Assembly (NCBI GenBank): GCA_963663805.2 | Contig: CAXXMR010000019.1 | Location: forward strand, 160,001-224,000 | DNA from: Sedimentisphaerales bacterium | GTDB lineage: Bacteria > Planctomycetota > Phycisphaerae > Sedimentisphaerales > SM23-30 | Length of the DNA stretch: 64,000 nucleotides | Direction of reading: 5' to 3' | Shown: piece by piece, positions 21,436 through 30,708 of the stretch | How the letters are laid out: the number at the start of each line of letters is the position of its first letter | Position numbering within the stretch: the stretch's first letter is position 1 | Notes under the pieces: generated by a model | What the model was told of the DNA's origin: nothing | Databases searched by the model: none | The model's input: the letters and a program-made list of their open reading frames with translations, nothing else | Translations under genes and position numbers: made by a program

Positions 21436-21959
21436 GTTGTTTGTTAAGAGTCGGTTACGAAAAAGTTATTTTTTTATTTTTTTTGGGGTTGACTGATTGA
21501 GGAAATGGGGGTATATTTCCTTCAACATTTTCCTCCTCCTTTGGACGAGAGAGAGAGAGAGCACACACAATCTTTTCTCTCGTCTTTTTTTGCGCGCATT
21601 TAACGGCGTGTATCGCATTCATTGGGTCTTGTTTGGCGTTTCCGTTGGTGGGTATAGATAGGTTCATAAGTCCTTATTTTTGTGAGCGTGAGGGTGACTT
21701 CGTAGTCGCGATTGGGGCTTAAAACTGGTTTTTCGGGTGGGGGGTTCTCCTTAATGCGCAATTTGCAGGGGCGAAATCAGCGCGATTGGGGATTTTTGGG
21801 GGGTAAAAAGAGTGTTTGGGGGCAGGGGGCGGGGGATTTTGGGTGTGAATATGCCTGTTTGGGGCGTTATTGCGGTGGTAAAGTCGTGTTTGCGATGGGG
21901 TTTTCGGCGCGGTTTGGGCTGGGGTGACCGATTTTTGACGATTTTTTTGATTTTTGGGG

Positions 21960-23408
21960 CAATCCTGTTCGGCACATTTATTGCTCAAATACAGTTTTTC
22001 TGTGGTCTTTGCAGTTCATATGATTTAGCGGGGATTACCCCTCAGTGGGACTGTCGGCACTGGTTATTTTGGCGCAGCATCAGCGGCAGCGGCGATTTTT
22101 TTGAGGATCGGCCTTAGTTTTGGCTTTGGAGTTTATTGATATGGTTCTGCATTTCTTGCTCGTCGGCCATGCCGCAGAGGTGCCAGCAGAGCATTTCGTA
22201 GGTTCTTAAAGTTGGTTTTTTGCCCGTCCACAGGCTGATCAGCATACAGGCGATAATCGCGGCGTACATCTGTAGTTCGATACCGTTTTCGCAGAGGCTT
22301 AGCAGATGTCGGCAGCCCAGCACATGCTTAAAAAAGCGGAAAAATATTTCGATGGCCCAGCGTTTCTGATAGAGCAGGGCAATGACTTCGGCGTCCAGGT
22401 CCAGCCGGTCGGTGGCAATCAAAATCATCTCACTCTGACGTGGTCCCTGGCCCCGTTTCAAATGCGGTTGACATTCAACCGCTATCAGGCGTAACGGTTG
22501 TTTGAAATCTTCCCGCAGTTTTTCACTGCTGCCGGCGATTACCGTACGATCAAAAATTATCCCCGCTTTTCGAGCATCTTCAGTTAAAGGTTTTTCCTGA
22601 ATAGTTTCGTAAACCGTATCCTCACGCAGCCGACAGACAAAAGAGCTTTTACTATCCACAATGGCCTGAAACAGCTTAAAACAGGCATATCCGCGATCAT
22701 TGACATAAATCCGGCCGGGCTGAAGATTCTCTAAAAAAACCTTTCGCTCATCAGACTTGTCTTCACTGATATTTATTTTCAGAGGCACATATTTTTCCAG
22801 ATCAAACTGAGTGTGTGCTTTAATTCCGGGTTTGTCGGTGTCCCAGGCAGCCTGAGTGAGTTTTTGCAAAGCCTGAATACTGCTGCCGTCCACCAGGGTA
22901 ATGACCTGACCGACTTCCAGTTTTTTGTCCTGAGATATCGGCCCTAACTGCTCAGTGAGTTGAGCGATTATCGGCTCTAACAAAGAACTCTCAAAAACCC
23001 GGGATGCTTCCGAAAGCGAACCCAGCGAAGCACGCGAACAACCCAACAGCCGCTGTACCTTTTTGAGCTCGCCGGCCTGCTGCAAAGACCGGATGGAACT
23101 GCAGATCGGATTGAACATGTATAACAGCAGCAGACTGACATACTGGTCCATGAATAATGTGCGATTGCCGGCCCGGTCCCGCTCACATCCCGCCGAGTGA
23201 AGACCTTTCAGCAGAGCCGAGAGGGACTTGAAATACTTGAACCCACGCAGGTCCCGCTCCTGGATTTTTTTACGCTTAGCACTCATGCCTCCTATTAGAG
23301 CATAAATATCCCTCGAGCGCAAATTACCTATCTTAACATTTCGGGTTTTTTTTTAAAAAAATACAGGAGGCCAAAAGCCTAAAGCAATAAATGTGCCGAA
23401 CAGGATTG
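21960..23408 (-). mobile_element. Intact IS4-family insertion sequence (1449 bp)
   Basis: Perfect 26-bp TIRs caatcctgttcggcacatttattgct (21960-21985 and 23383-23408); 9-bp TSD tttttgggg (21951-21959 and 23409-23417). Confidence 0.93.
22114..23286 (-). CDS. IS4-family DDE transposase
   Basis: LVDGS, DRGY, YQKRWAIEIFFRFFK (YREK-type motif). Confidence 0.93.
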   Translation of the reverse strand: MSAKRKKIQERDLRGFKYFKSLSALLKGLHSAGCERDRAGNRTLFMDQYVSLLLLYMFNPICSSIRSLQQAGELKKVQRLLGCSRASLGSLSEASRVFESSLLEPIIAQLTEQLGPISQDKKLEVGQVITLVDGSSIQALQKLTQAAWDTDKPGIKAHTQFDLEKYVPLKINISEDKSDERKVFLENLQPGRIYVNDRGYACFKLFQAIVDSKSSFVCRLREDTVYETIQEKPLTEDARKAGIIFDRTVIAGSSEKLREDFKQPLRLIAVECQPHLKRGQGPRQSEMILIATDRLDLDAEVIALLYQKRWAIEIFFRFFKHVLGCRHLLSLCENGIELQMYAAIIACMLISLWTGKKPTLRTYEMLCWHLCGMADEQEMQNHINKLQSQN

Positions 23409-23469
23409 TTTTTGGGGTGGTTTTTGAGTGTTTTTTTGGGTGATTTTGAGATTTAGAAAGGCAGGAGGG

Positions 23470-23550
23470 ATGAGGCATGAGGGAACGGCGAGGTTTCGGC
23501 CTTTGGCCGAGGATTTTTATTTAACGACAACGGCGTGGTGCCGCCTTCGG
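23470..23550 (-). repeat. Composite intergenic repeat locus (- orientation)
   Basis: Reverse complement contains ccgaaggcggcaccacGCCGTT, ccaaaggccgaaacc and ctcatgcctc modules shared with the 53.7 kb and 56.8 kb loci. Confidence 0.75.
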
Positions 23551-23553
23551 GAA

Positions 23554-23980
23554 AAATTAAATGTACCGGACACCGTTTCTTCGTTTCACTGCCTTTTCAG
23601 TCCCATTCATTGAACCTGAATGATTCGCTGAACCCGATTAAGAGCAAAATACAAATGATAAATAATAACCACACGCCCGAAAGAAAAGCTGCTACAACCG
23701 CAAGGAATTGATGAACACCGAACGTCCAACCTCGCGTACGCCACAGAAACTTCAGGCTTGCTGGCAGGCAGACTATAACTGCAAGCAATTGAGTGGCGTG
23801 AAATGGACTCTGAGGCCACCCAAACCGCTCAGCCAAAAGAATCGCAGGCGCACAAAGCGCGGCGTAAATACCCGTTAATAAAAATAACCACTTCGATAAT
23901 TGGGTGGTGTTCATATCATTTGATTCCCGTTCTTACCTACTCTGTCGCCCAGGCAAATTAAATGTACCGGACACCGTTTC
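23554..23980. repeat. Perfect 26-bp direct repeat pair aaattaaatgtaccggacaccgtttc
   Basis: Copies at 23554-23579 and 23955-23980, each just past the stop codon of a minus-strand ORF. Confidence 0.9.
23597..23914 (-). CDS. Hypothetical membrane protein (about 3 TM)
   Basis: 105-aa hydrophobic ORF lying between the two 26-bp direct repeats. Confidence 0.6.
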   Translation of the reverse strand: MNTTQLSKWLFLLTGIYAALCAPAILLAERFGWPQSPFHATQLLAVIVCLPASLKFLWRTRGWTFGVHQFLAVVAAFLSGVWLLFIICILLLIGFSESFRFNEWD

Positions 23981-23998
23981 GTTGCCCCGTTTCGTTGC

Positions 23999-24511
23999 CT
24001 AATTTGCCCCTAAATCCGGATTAAGAGAGTCAATATATTCGTCATAATTATCTATCTCATCATACCAAAAGTCATAATAATACAGACCAGGAATAAGCTC
24101 GCGATTCAGATGACAAGAAAAACTGGTTTTTGATGGGATTGCATCTTTACTGAGAGCAACTAACCCCAATCGGATTCCGCAATTGATAAGAATGCTATCG
24201 TCCGTAATATAAATATTACCATAACCAATTTCGATTAAGGATTTAGGTAGATTTTGCAATTCTGCATCAATATCGAAAACGTAGTTTTTCTTGTTCCATT
24301 TTCCAGTCAGGTGTGCCTTTATCACTTCTCGGCAATCCTTCAAAATCTGAACGTGGTCAATTTCATAAACAGCTCGTCTTATTTGTGGTCTACGAACTTC
24401 ATCAAGTGGCTTATTAAAATCAATAATAACCGCGGTAATATAAGTTGCGATTGCCATAAACAAAACAATTGAAATCGCAATAAGGTACCAATATTTATGT
24501 TTCACAACCAC
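23999..24511 (-). CDS. Hypothetical protein with N-terminal TM anchor (paralog of 24574-25104)
   Basis: Low GC; GGAGG RBS; shares RRxVYExDH..LxDCRxxI and LIPGLYYxD..YIDSLNP with its neighbour. Confidence 0.75.
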   Translation of the reverse strand: MVVKHKYWYLIAISIVLFMAIATYITAVIIDFNKPLDEVRRPQIRRAVYEIDHVQILKDCREVIKAHLTGKWNKKNYVFDIDAELQNLPKSLIEIGYGNIYITDDSILINCGIRLGLVALSKDAIPSKTSFSCHLNRELIPGLYYYDFWYDEIDNYDEYIDSLNPDLGAN

Positions 24512-24573
24512 GCTGTTCCTCCATATAAGTTATTCTGAGAAAACTAAGCTTTTCGGCACATTTTCATTCTTTA

Positions 24574-25104
24574 TTATTCCCCTGAATTTGGATTCAGCGA
24601 GTCAATATATTTATCATGGTCTTTATCTTCTCGATATTTATAATCATGATAATAAAGGCCGGGAATTAATTGCCTGTGCTGTACATATTTGAAGGTGCCT
24701 TCTAAGGGGGCAATATTTTCAGCTAAAGCAACAATGCCAACCTGATATTTTGAATGCAAAAATACGCTGTTGTGAGAAACAGTTATAATATTGAAATCTG
24801 TTTCAAGTATAGAATCAAGAACCTTCTGAGAAACGCCTTCAATTGAAGAAGCTCCTGCATATATAAGATATTCTTTTTCTTCTCCTTGAGAAAGATGAAG
24901 TTGTTCAATAATACTACGGCAATCCTGTAACATTTTCTTATGGTCTAATTCATAAACCAGACGCCGTATAAATGATTCTTTTCCTTTAACTAAAAACATT
25001 CCAAAAGAAAAAAAGAACCACATATTATAGATAATATATAAAACCAATACAAAAGCTACTATTCCCAAAACATATTGACGCCATCTATTTCTCAAACATT
25101 TCAT
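24574..25104 (-). CDS. Hypothetical protein with N-terminal TM anchor (paralog of 23999-24511)
   Basis: Low GC; same shared motifs. Confidence 0.75.
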   Translation of the reverse strand: MKCLRNRWRQYVLGIVAFVLVLYIIYNMWFFFSFGMFLVKGKESFIRRLVYELDHKKMLQDCRSIIEQLHLSQGEEKEYLIYAGASSIEGVSQKVLDSILETDFNIITVSHNSVFLHSKYQVGIVALAENIAPLEGTFKYVQHRQLIPGLYYHDYKYREDKDHDKYIDSLNPNSGE

Positions 25105-25115
25105 ATCGGTAGTTC

Positions 25116-26378
25116 CTAATATTTTTTAGGGCAAATCAAATCCGTCTCAGAGCGGGGGGTGAAACGGTAAATTTTGTCGTTGCGGCGTACTGTTGGTTTG
25201 TCGCTGGTTGAGTTTTGCGCGGGGGTGAAGGGGAAGGTTGCTGTGGTTTTTTCGAGTTGGGTTACGTCTTGTTTGTTAGGGTCGCGTAGTTGGGTGATTT
25301 TCATTTCTATTACGCCGGTGGTGGGGCCGTGGATTTGGATGGTGTCGCCGAGGGTTAGGGGTGCGGCGTGGATGTTGGCGTGGATTATTTTTGATTTTTG
25401 GTAATAGTTTATGATGGTGCCGACGAATTCTTTCTGGCGGGGTGCGGCGTTGCCGGCGGCGGTGGAGAAATCGTGGGGGCCGGGCCGGCCCAGGAGAAAG
25501 CCGGTGGAGAACTCCCGGTGGTAGACCTTCTCTACCTGTTCGGTCAGTTCGGCGATGAGTTGTTCTGAGTAGGTGCCGTCCTTTACGGCGTCGATGGCTT
25601 GTCGGTAGGCGGCGGTGACGGTGTGGATATATTCGGGGGCGCGGCTGCGTCCTTCGATTTTGAAGACATCTATGCCGGCGGCGATGAGCTGGTCGATGAT
25701 GCCGAGCGTACAAAGGTCTTTGGGGCTGAGGACATAGCCGTTGGATACTTCGAGTTCGTCGTCGGTTTCGGTGTCGATGACGTGATAGGAGCGGCGGCAG
25801 GGCTGGATGCAGTCGCCGCGGTTGGCGGAGCGGCCGGTGAGGAACTGGGAGATGAAACAGCGGCCGGAGACCGAGACGCACATCGCGCCGTGGACGAAGA
25901 CTTCGATTTCAATGTCGGAATTCTGGCGGAGGTGTTTTATCTGTTCGAGGGTTAGTTCGCGGGCGAGTACGACGCGGCGGGCGCCGAGGCCCTGGTAAAA
26001 CTTGAGGGCCGGGAGATTGGAGATTGAGGCCTGGGTGGAGATGTGGATGGGGATGTCGAGTTTTTGGGCCTGCTGGATGACGGCGAGGTCCCAGCAGATT
26101 ACCGCGTCGGCGTGGGCAGTTTTTATCTGGTCGAGGGTATCGTTGAGCAGTTCGAGCTCGTGGTCGTAGATGATGGTGTTGAGGGTGACGTAGACTTTGA
26201 CGTTTCGGTCGTGGGCGAGCTGGACGATGCGGGGGAGGTTTTGCAGTTCGATACCGGGTGAGTTGAGTCGCATGTTGAGTTGGCCCAGGCCGAGATAGAC
26301 GGCGTCGGCGCCAGCGTTGAGGGCGGCGGTGAAGGATGTTTCATCTCTTACGGGGGCCAATAGTTCGGTATTTTTCAT
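25116..26378 (-). CDS. Peptidase U32 family protein (TrhP/RlhA-like RNA hydroxylation family)
   Basis: ELLAP, GADAVYLG, HISTQ, VLARELTL, EVFVHGAMCVSVSGRC, NRGDCIQPCR, KIEGRSR. Confidence 0.9.
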   Translation of the reverse strand: MKNTELLAPVRDETSFTAALNAGADAVYLGLGQLNMRLNSPGIELQNLPRIVQLAHDRNVKVYVTLNTIIYDHELELLNDTLDQIKTAHADAVICWDLAVIQQAQKLDIPIHISTQASISNLPALKFYQGLGARRVVLARELTLEQIKHLRQNSDIEIEVFVHGAMCVSVSGRCFISQFLTGRSANRGDCIQPCRRSYHVIDTETDDELEVSNGYVLSPKDLCTLGIIDQLIAAGIDVFKIEGRSRAPEYIHTVTAAYRQAIDAVKDGTYSEQLIAELTEQVEKVYHREFSTGFLLGRPGPHDFSTAAGNAAPRQKEFVGTIINYYQKSKIIHANIHAAPLTLGDTIQIHGPTTGVIEMKITQLRDPNKQDVTQLEKTTATFPFTPAQNSTSDKPTVRRNDKIYRFTPRSETDLICPKKY

Positions 26379-26479
26379 ATAGTCATTATCAGGGAATCGG
26401 AGGGCTCTGGCAAGGATTCTTGCAATGGGAGGTGAGTGGTGGTAGATTTTGGATAAATAAAGTTTGGCGTGACACAGGT

Positions 26480-26544
26480 AAACCGGAAATCCTAAACAAT
26501 ATTAAAACGGCAAGGGCACCGCTTACTGACGTGCGCGGCTCTGA
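26480..26544 (-). repeat. Composite intergenic repeat locus (- orientation)
   Basis: 26515-26544 (reverse complement) is 26/30 identical to 56723-56752; GCCGTT junction at 26506-26511; 26480-26499 (reverse complement) is 18/20 identical to 61848-61867. Confidence 0.75.
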
Positions 26545-26600
26545 TAGACAGTTGATATTTTGCGTGAAATTTCGTTTGTAAGCGATTGAAGGAGCAAAAG

Positions 26601-27281
26601 ATGAGTGGAATTAAGTATGGTTTGATTTTTGATGTGGATGGGGTGGTGGCTGATACCGAAGGGGTGAACGCGCAGGAGACGGCACGGGTTTTCGATGAGC
26701 TGTTCGGAGTCAAAGGTGTGCAACGGGCGGATTTCGAGAAGGGGCTGGGTCGGGGCGATAAGGTTTATGTACAAGTGGCGGCGGCGATTCATGGGGTCGA
26801 GCTTTCGGAGGAGCAGGTGGCGGCGGCGGTTAAGCTGCGGGAAGAAAAGATAATGCAGTCTTTGCGGGTTGCCCCGCTGGGGGCTTTTGAGGGGGTATTG
26901 GAACTCATGGCGGCGGCCCGGGCTGATAGTCGATGGGCTCTGGCAATCGCGACTTCGGGGGCCAACGAAAAAGCAAAACTGATACTGGGCTCGGCGGGCG
27001 TGGATTTGAGCGATATGGTTTATGTGACCGGCAGCGATGTTAAAAATCGTAAGCCGGACCCGGAAATTTATTTGAAGGCGGTAGCAAAACTGGGCCTGAA
27101 AGCCGAAAATTGCGTGGCGGTTGAGGATGCCCCCGATGGGGTAGATTCCGCAAAGGCCGCGGGCTGTCGGGTAATCGCGGTGACGAATTCGGTGGGCAGG
27201 GAAAAACTCGCTAAGGCGGATTTAATCGTGGACAGCCTGTTAGAGCTAAATATCGCGAAGCTGACCGAACTGGTCATTTGA
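26601..27281 (+). CDS. HAD-superfamily hydrolase (beta-phosphoglucomutase-like)
   Basis: FDVDGVVADT, KPDPEIY, EDAPDGV. Confidence 0.9.
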   Translation: MSGIKYGLIFDVDGVVADTEGVNAQETARVFDELFGVKGVQRADFEKGLGRGDKVYVQVAAAIHGVELSEEQVAAAVKLREEKIMQSLRVAPLGAFEGVLELMAAARADSRWALAIATSGANEKAKLILGSAGVDLSDMVYVTGSDVKNRKPDPEIYLKAVAKLGLKAENCVAVEDAPDGVDSAKAAGCRVIAVTNSVGREKLAKADLIVDSLLELNIAKLTELVI

Positions 27282-28104
27282 CAATGCGATAGATTTCCTG
27301 ACAGGTAACTAGAAGTTTTTCCATCTGGTTCAGGGGCAGCATACAGGCGGCATCGCTTAGTCCTTCGGCGGGGTTGGGATGAGTTTCGATGAACAGTCCA
27401 TCGGCACCGGCGGCAATAGCGGCACGGGCCAGGACCGGGGCCAGGTCGGGTTCGCCGCCGGAAGCGGTGCCCAATCCGCCGGGCTGCTGGGTGGAATGGG
27501 TGGCATCCATGATAGCGGGACAGCCAAGCTGACGCATCTGGTCAATGCCGGCCATGTCGCAGATGAGGCGGTTATAGCCGAAACTGCTGCCGCGTTCGAC
27601 GAGGGTTATCTGATGATTGCCCATCTCGTTGATTTTATCCACGACGTTTTTCATGTCCCAGGGTGCCATGAACTGGGCTTTTTTGGCCTGGATGGGTTTT
27701 TGAGTTTTAGCGGCGGCCTGGACCAGGTCGGTTTGGCGAACCAGAAAAGCCGGTATCTGGAGCATATCGACCACCTCGGCACAAATAGAGGCTTGTTCGG
27801 GCAGGTGAATATCAGTCACCACGGGTAGCTGAAACTGGGTGCGGATATGGTCAAGGGTTCGCAGGCCTTCCTGAATGCCCGGTCCGCGGAAAGCGGCAGA
27901 GCTGGAGCGGTTGGCTTTGTCGAAACTGGCTTTGAAAACATACCCTATTCCGAGGCGGTTGGTCAGGTCTTTGAGGTTTTCAGCGATTCGGCAGCAGAGG
28001 TCGCGGCTTTCTATGACGCAGGGGCCGGCAAAAAGGACCAGCCCGGCAGCGGGACCAATCTTGACTTGCTGAACGTGTTTGTCTCCGACGGTTACGGTAT
28101 TCAT
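27274..28104 (-). CDS. kdsA: 3-deoxy-8-phosphooctulonate (KDO8P) synthase
   Basis: AGPCVIES, KASFDKANRSS, QIPAFL, ERGSSFGY, DATHS. Confidence 0.95.
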   Translation of the reverse strand: MNTVTVGDKHVQQVKIGPAAGLVLFAGPCVIESRDLCCRIAENLKDLTNRLGIGYVFKASFDKANRSSSAAFRGPGIQEGLRTLDHIRTQFQLPVVTDIHLPEQASICAEVVDMLQIPAFLVRQTDLVQAAAKTQKPIQAKKAQFMAPWDMKNVVDKINEMGNHQITLVERGSSFGYNRLICDMAGIDQMRQLGCPAIMDATHSTQQPGGLGTASGGEPDLAPVLARAAIAAGADGLFIETHPNPAEGLSDAACMLPLNQMEKLLVTCQEIYRIVK

Positions 28105-28130
28105 AGTTTTTTGCCTGAAAAGGTGTAAAT

Positions 28131-29099
28131 TTATCCGATAAGCCATTTTCTCAAAAGGAAAAGGCGGGCTGGTTTACGATAGGCGAAATGTCCCGGGCCG
28201 GGCGGGACAAGTACCTTGGCGGCTGAGGGTATTACCTCAATGTCCAGCGGCAGAGGCGGAGCGGGGTCGCCGTCAACCTGGACGGGTACGGAATGTTCCT
28301 CGTCGGTCGAAATTTGCACCTTTTTGCAGCGGCGGCGGAGGACATTTCGGCTTTTATGCGAAATACCGAGGATGGTCATGACGGCATGGGCCAGTAAGTA
28401 CCTGCGTCGTTTGCAGTTATATACACAGAGGTCTAGCAGACCATCTCCGCAGTCAGCTTCGGGTAGTACGCCCAGTCCCAGGGCATAGCGTGAGATATTG
28501 GCAACAAAGACCAACGAAGGCTGGTTTGAAACCTCTTGTCCGTCGGCGATTACCTTTACTCTGGGAAATCGATATTCCCAGAATGTCCGGCAGATAGGCC
28601 AGAAATAATCGGTGTGGCTGATATGACCGTTGCGGAATTTATTGATTCGTTTGATAACTTCGGCATCGTAGCCGACGCCGACGATGGCCATGAATCTCCT
28701 GCTGCCGGCCTGACCGAGGTCGAGGTCGCGAACAGAACCGTAATCTATGGTATTAAGGGCACTTTCGAGGGTGTTATCGAGTCCCAGTTCGCGGGCGAGG
28801 AGGTTTTCGGTGCCGGACGGTATAATAAGGATAGGCTGGCGGGCACCGGCCAGGGCCTGGGCGACCTGCCGTACGGTTCCGTCCCCGCCGGAGACGATAA
28901 CTATATCATAATCCTCAGCGACAGCCTGGCAAGCGAGTTGGCCGGCGTGTTCAAGCGACTGGGTGAGCTGGATATTAACATGATTTTGGCGTTGCCGGAG
29001 GGTGTTTTTGAGCTGTTTCAGGCAGCGAACATTGGCACTGGAACCGCTCTGGGGATTTACGATGAAGAAAAATCTCTGCTTGGGGCGGCCTTCGGTCAT
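28131..29099 (-). CDS. Diacylglycerol kinase family lipid kinase
   Basis: NPQSG, GGDGT, PSGTEN, QVDGD. Confidence 0.9.
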   Translation of the reverse strand: MTEGRPKQRFFFIVNPQSGSSANVRCLKQLKNTLRQRQNHVNIQLTQSLEHAGQLACQAVAEDYDIVIVSGGDGTVRQVAQALAGARQPILIIPSGTENLLARELGLDNTLESALNTIDYGSVRDLDLGQAGSRRFMAIVGVGYDAEVIKRINKFRNGHISHTDYFWPICRTFWEYRFPRVKVIADGQEVSNQPSLVFVANISRYALGLGVLPEADCGDGLLDLCVYNCKRRRYLLAHAVMTILGISHKSRNVLRRRCKKVQISTDEEHSVPVQVDGDPAPPLPLDIEVIPSAAKVLVPPGPGHFAYRKPARLFLLRKWLIG

Positions 29100-29227
29100 G
29101 TGTTAAAATCTTAAAATTAAAGGAGTTAAGGTTCATTTCGCGGCAGTATTATATCGCCGGTTCTCTCAGGTGACAACCGAAATAATGGATTGTGGGGATT
29201 GATGTCGCTGACAGGTGCATTTTGGTC

Positions 29228-29255
29228 TTGCAAGGCGGGGCGGATTGTCTATAAT
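29228..29255 (+). promoter_or_regulatory. sigma70-like promoter of the TPR-alphaCTD unit
   Basis: TTGCAA-16bp-TATAAT; AAGGAG RBS before 29324. Confidence 0.45.
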
Positions 29256-29323
29256 GGCCAGCTTGTCTATATATGGAAAGTATAGCTGGGCATTGTAGTG
29301 GAAAGCATAAGGAGACTGACGCA

Positions 29324-30667
29324 ATGGACGCTCCTACCATTGATTTTACTAAGTTTATGGCTGATAATCAGCCGCTGACCGAAGAACAGATGAATCGGCT
29401 GGCCGGTGAAGTACGCAGCGGCGAGCGCGAAAAGCTGGCATTCGCCAAACTTCTGGACGATGCGGTTTCGAGCCGCGAGTCGGAATTTTCGGGTGACCAG
29501 GGCTGGTCGCTGAAAGTTGGCCAGGGTTATTGCGTGCTGGGTAAGTACAACAAAGCCCTGGAATGGCTGGGCAAGGCAGGCTCTGGTTTGAGCCAGTGTC
29601 TGGCCAAGGCTTATTGCCAGCGTGAAACAGGTAATTATGAAGCGGCGGTCAAGACCTTCGAAGAGGCCGAGAGCAAAGGCTATGAGAGTTTCGAAGCGAC
29701 CATGGCTGTTGTCGACTGTCTGCGTCGTGCCGGCGAACTGGAACAGGCCGGCGAACGTCTGAACCGGGTATCGCGGGTAGGTGACATTCGGGCGGAATAT
29801 CGTTTCCAACTGGGTATGCTGAATGAGGCCAATGGTCTGCATGATGACGCGGTAACAGAACTGGCCCGGGCGGTGGAACTGGATAACAATCATAGCCGGG
29901 CTTTGTTCCAACTGGCTTTTCTTCTGGATTTGCACGGCAATGAAGAAGACGCGATCAAGTGCTATGAGCGTTGCGTGTCTAAAGCCCCGGCATCGTTAAA
30001 CGCTTTGTTGAATCTGGCGGTTCTCTATGAGGATTCGGAACAGTGGGACAAGGCCGGCAAGTGCATCAAGCGTGTTCTGGCCACACATCCGAATCACCTG
30101 CGGGCCAGGCTGTTCCTCAAGGATGTTGAAGCCAGCCGGACCATGTACTATGACGAAGAACAGGAACGTCGAGTAGATTTACAGAATCAGGTTCTGGAAA
30201 TTCCGATTTCTGATTTTGAATTGTCGGTTCGTTCTCGTAACTGTCTGAAGAAGATGGGCGTTCGGAGTCTGGGCGATTTACTGAAGGTTGGCGAGGCAGA
30301 ACTCCTGGCCTATAAGAATTTTGGTGAAACATCTCTGACTGAAATCAAGCAAATGTTGCATACCAAAGGTTTGCAGTTGGGTCAACTAACCGATGACCGT
30401 AATAACAACCGTCGGGCCGTGGTGGTTGACGAAGAAGAAGAGGAAGAAGAGCAAGAGTGGCTAGGCTATTCGGTAGCGGAATTGAATCTTTCGGTGCGGG
30501 CGCGTAAATGTTTGCAGCGTTTGAATCTTAATACTCTGGGTGATTTGACCAGCTGCACTGAGGCCGAGCTTTTAGGTTGCAAGAATTTTGGCATGACCAG
30601 TCTGATTGAAGTTAAGGAAAAACTTCAGGAGCAGAATCTGTCCCTTCGGGAGCTGGACGAAGAATAA
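29324..30667 (+). CDS. TPR protein with two C-terminal RNA polymerase alpha-CTD domains
   Basis: TPR helices, then ELSVRSRNCL...KNFGETSLTEI and NLSVRARKCL...KNFGMTSLIEV. Confidence 0.88.
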   Translation: MDAPTIDFTKFMADNQPLTEEQMNRLAGEVRSGEREKLAFAKLLDDAVSSRESEFSGDQGWSLKVGQGYCVLGKYNKALEWLGKAGSGLSQCLAKAYCQRETGNYEAAVKTFEEAESKGYESFEATMAVVDCLRRAGELEQAGERLNRVSRVGDIRAEYRFQLGMLNEANGLHDDAVTELARAVELDNNHSRALFQLAFLLDLHGNEEDAIKCYERCVSKAPASLNALLNLAVLYEDSEQWDKAGKCIKRVLATHPNHLRARLFLKDVEASRTMYYDEEQERRVDLQNQVLEIPISDFELSVRSRNCLKKMGVRSLGDLLKVGEAELLAYKNFGETSLTEIKQMLHTKGLQLGQLTDDRNNNRRAVVVDEEEEEEEQEWLGYSVAELNLSVRARKCLQRLNLNTLGDLTSCTEAELLGCKNFGMTSLIEVKEKLQEQNLSLRELDEE

Positions 30668-30708
30668 AGTTCTAGCCTGCCTGATGGTTGGTTCAGGACG
30701 TATAGGCC

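Noticed and set aside
21455..22117. Short ORFs in the G/T-rich region
   Set aside because: Low-complexity translations of homopolymer tracts.
23554..23980. CRISPR array or classical attC sites
   Set aside because: Only two repeats about 400 bp apart around an ORF; no cas or intI gene; no attC-type extended hairpin.
24552..24563. 12-bp match to the IS4 TIR core (ttcggcacattt)
   Set aside because: Short, lacks the terminal bases and has no partner or TSD; probably chance.
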